Part shown: one piece after another, positions 36,893 to 39,046 of the stretch
How the letters are laid out: every line of letters starts with the position of its first letter
How positions within the stretch are numbered: position 1 is the stretch's first letter
Virus record (IMG/VR): IMGVR_UViG_2579778894_000027
Origin: a virus
Taxonomy: Duplodnaviria > Heunggongvirae > Uroviricota > Caudoviricetes
Length of the DNA: 39,046 nucleotides
Reading direction: 5' to 3' (one strand)
Notes under the pieces: model-generated
Told to the model about the DNA's origin: nothing
The model's input: the letters and a program-made list of their open reading frames with translations, nothing else
Databases searched by the model: none
Position numbers and translations under genes: made by a program

Positions 36893-37033
36893 ATGTCGCA
36901 AAAATCGCTTACGGCCATCACGTTCTGCGTGACGGTAATCCTCATCATCTGGATGCTACACGGTTCGCTGTGTGAAATACGGATGAGCTTCTGGGGAGCG
37001 GAGTTTGCGGCGTTCTTACAGTGTAAGCAGTAA
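36893..37033 (+). CDS. Hok/Gef-family type I toxin (46 aa)
   Basis: MSQKSLTAITFCVTVILIIWMLHGSLCEIRMSFWGAEFAAFLQCKQ: single TM helix plus hallmark SLCEIR and AAFL.CK motifs of Hok proteins; AAGGAG SD; below ORF-track size cut-off. Confidence 0.75.
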   Translation: MSQKSLTAITFCVTVILIIWMLHGSLCEIRMSFWGAEFAAFLQCKQ

Positions 37034-37121
37034 GGAAACCGCGACGGGGGAGCAATCCCCCGTCAATCGGTTGCTAAGGTTGGCTGAAGTGGCACCCTAT
37101 CTCACAGACATGAACAACAAA

Positions 37122-37153
37122 CCCGCAGCGTAAGAACTGCGGGTTTTCTTTTT
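37122..37153 (+). terminator. Rho-independent terminator downstream of hok-like gene
   Basis: cccgcag-cgtaagaa-ctgcggg followed by ttttcttttt. Confidence 0.7.
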
Positions 37154-37221
37154 GGAACTATCACTAGCTAGTGTACCGTTAACGGCACATAATGCTCGCA
37201 CAACAAACCTGTTAAAAGAGA

Positions 37222-37503
37222 TTACTCAGCATTCTCCTGCTTCCATTGCCGGATCATTTCATCGGTAACATCACCCTCATAACATACCACGTCATACCCT
37301 CCATTACGGCTATATGCACTGCGTCCACCACATCTACTACCATTCCTTGCATGATTATAAGGACACGCACAATTGCCTGGATAAGATTCAATGGATTCTT
37401 TAATTATTTCTTTTTTGATCTGAGCATCAGACTTTCCTGTTGCTGCATATCCACTAAAAGATACTAAACAAAGGCAGATTGCCATTAATAAACCACATCG
37501 CAT
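37222..37503 (-). CDS. Small secreted Cys-rich protein of unknown function
   Basis: Predicted signal peptide MRCGLLMAICLCLVSFSGYAATG; 5 Cys in mature part (NCACPYN...RCGG...VVCYEG); start uncertain (37503 or 37485). Confidence 0.5.
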   Translation of the reverse strand: MRCGLLMAICLCLVSFSGYAATGKSDAQIKKEIIKESIESYPGNCACPYNHARNGSRCGGRSAYSRNGGYDVVCYEGDVTDEMIRQWKQENAE

Positions 37504-37786
37504 ACCGATACACTCTATTACTAACCAATCATAGCCCACATCATAAAATCGAGATGAGGAGCACAATACCTTTAACAAGAAGGTGTCATAACGATAATAT
37601 GTCGTGCAATTCATCAAAAAAAAGATCTATATCAAAGAGATAGAACTCTTATCAGTGCTTCAGACATCGGCATTCGAGGCAGCAGAAAAACAGTAAATCT
37701 GACGAATTTGCCTTTTCCCAAGATGTTGTCAGATTAAAAAGATAGATTAGCGCAGGTACCTCTGTTGGGGGATTGCAGGAGGAAAA

Positions 37787-37891
37787 ATGAAGTCGAGTGG
37801 AAAAATCCCAGAAAAATTTTTGTTTAACAGAGGTCCTGGTTCACTATACGAAATACGGAGGAGCTGCAGAAGAATTCTGCTTCATCCTTAG
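37787..37891 (+). pseudogene. Deletion-derived hok-like remnant
   Basis: DNA ggttcactatacgaaatacggaggagc is homologous to hok ggttcgctgtgtgaaatacggatgagc (SLYEIRRS vs SLCEIRMS); upstream tttgtttaacagaggtcct matches hok leader ttctgtttaaccgaggccct; TM-coding part missing. Confidence 0.5.
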
Positions 37892-37974
37892 AGTTTAAAC
37901 AGCACGTGCACTACCACTGTTTCTGCATATCGCCACACCATCGCCACTCTACCGCCATTGCACAAAATACAAAT

Positions 37975-38000
37975 ACGAAAAAACCACCCGAAGGTGGTTT
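37975..38000 (-). terminator. Rho-independent terminator of the tRNA operon
   Basis: Minus-strand hairpin aaaccacc-uucg-ggugguuu followed by U-run (plus strand tacgaaaaaaccacccgaaggtggttt). Confidence 0.7.
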
Positions 38001-38098
38001 CACGACACTGCTTATTGCTTTGATTTTATTCTTATCTTTCCCATGGTACCCGGAGCGGGACTTGAACCCGCACAGCGCGAACGCCGAGGGATTTTAAA
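37992..38098. repeat. attR: 107-bp direct repeat identical to 1084-1190, overlapping the intact tRNA-Leu 3' end
   Basis: Identical sequence by eye to left copy; spans part of terminator hairpin and the 3' 55 nt of the tRNA. Confidence 0.85.
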
Positions 38099-38130
38099 TC
38101 CCTTGTGTCTACCGATTCCACCATCCGGGC
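38044..38130 (-). tRNA. leuZ: tRNA-Leu (anticodon UAA)
   Basis: Minus-strand sequence GCCCGGATGGTGGAATCGGTAGACACAAGGGATTTAAAATCCC...GGGTTCAAGTCCCGCTCCGGGTACCA, 87 nt with long variable arm and encoded CCA. Confidence 0.9.
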
Positions 38131-38142
38131 TCGGGAAGAAAG

Positions 38143-38216
38143 TGGAGGCGCGTTCCGGAGTCGAACCGGACTAGACGGATTTGCAATCCGCTACATAACC
38201 GCTTTGTTAACGCGCC
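38143..38216 (-). tRNA. cysT: tRNA-Cys (anticodon GCA)
   Basis: Minus-strand GGCGCGTTAACAAAGCGGTTATGTAGCGGATTGCAAATCCGTCTAGTCCGGTTCGACTCCGGAACGCGCCTCCA. Confidence 0.9.
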
Positions 38217-38270
38217 AAATTCTTCAGGCCTTTCAGCCAGACATCCGCTTGACGCCGATGTCTTTTAAAC

Positions 38271-38346
<76 letters not shown>

Positions 38347-38497
38347 ATTCATCAAGCAATCAGTTAATCACTTGATTTTATTATCGTCTGGCAATCAGTG
38401 CCGCCGTTCGATGCGTTGCATTCTACTTACCTGGCGCGATGAGTCAACGATATTTTTCACCACTTTTGATCGTTTGCTGAAAATTACGCCGAAACGA

Positions 38498-39046
38498 TCA
38501 CTGATCAAGCAAATCTGCACGCGCAGCGCTCAAATATTGCAACATTGACCACAGAGTCAGTACCGCAGCCACAAAGAAAAGTGCAATACCGGCGTACTCA
38601 ACCCAAATGTTCGGACGCCACAGCAGCCAGGCCAACGCCACCATCTGGGCAGTGGTTTTCACTTTCCCAATCCAGGAGACAGCCACGCTACTGCGTTTAC
38701 CCAACTCCGCCATCCATTCGCGTAGCGCAGAAATAATAATTTCACGGGCGATCATCGTTGCCGCCGGTAGGGTCACCCACCAGCTGTGATAATGCTCGGT
38801 TACCAGCACCATGGCGATAGCCACGAGAACTTTATCTGCTACAGGGTCAAGGAAAGCACCAAACCGGGTACTCTGGTTCCAGCGGCGTGCCAGAAAACCA
38901 TCGAACCAGTCAGTCACCGCCGCGACGCAGAAAATGAGCGCGGCGGCAAACGGCGACCAGGTGACAGGCAGATAAAAGACCAATACAAAGAATGGGATAA
39001 GGATGACACGGAACAGTGTAAGCAACGTAGGGATATTAAATTGCAT
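38498..39046 (-). CDS. pgsA: CDP-diacylglycerol--glycerol-3-phosphate 3-phosphatidyltransferase
   Basis: 182-aa translation [30 protein letters not shown]...[27 protein letters not shown] with CDP-alcohol phosphatidyltransferase motif; matches E. coli PgsA by recall; complete in window. Confidence 0.9.

Overview
The window is dominated by a ~36.9-kb P2-family (Peduovirus-like) prophage integrated at the 3' end of a tRNA-Leu gene, in an E. coli-type glyW-cysT-leuZ / pgsA neighbourhood. It is bounded by perfect 107-bp direct repeats (1084-1190 and 37992-38098), and its left end abuts a partial IS66-family element (1-1083). Gene order is canonical for an integrated P2-like phage: int, repressor, RHH/Cox-like early genes, replication protein A, then Q P | O N M L X, holin, GH108 endolysin, nested spanins, R S V W J I H G, tail genes, D and ogr. 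Several accessory insertions interrupt this backbone: (i) two genes inside the repressor-integrase operon (a tail-anchored membrane protein and a secreted protein); (ii) a ParM/ParR-like actin-type segregation module plus a promoter/structured-RNA/small-ORF unit between A and Q; (iii) a CysE/WcaB-like hexapeptide acetyltransferase between G and the tail block; (iv) an AT-rich SEC-C-motif protein between D and ogr; (v) a hok-like type I toxin, a deletion-derived hok remnant and a small secreted Cys-rich protein between ogr and attR. The FI-FII-E/E'-T-U tail block lies on the opposite strand to the flanking late genes. All calls come from reading the ORF translations and the DNA by eye; no database search or folding was run.
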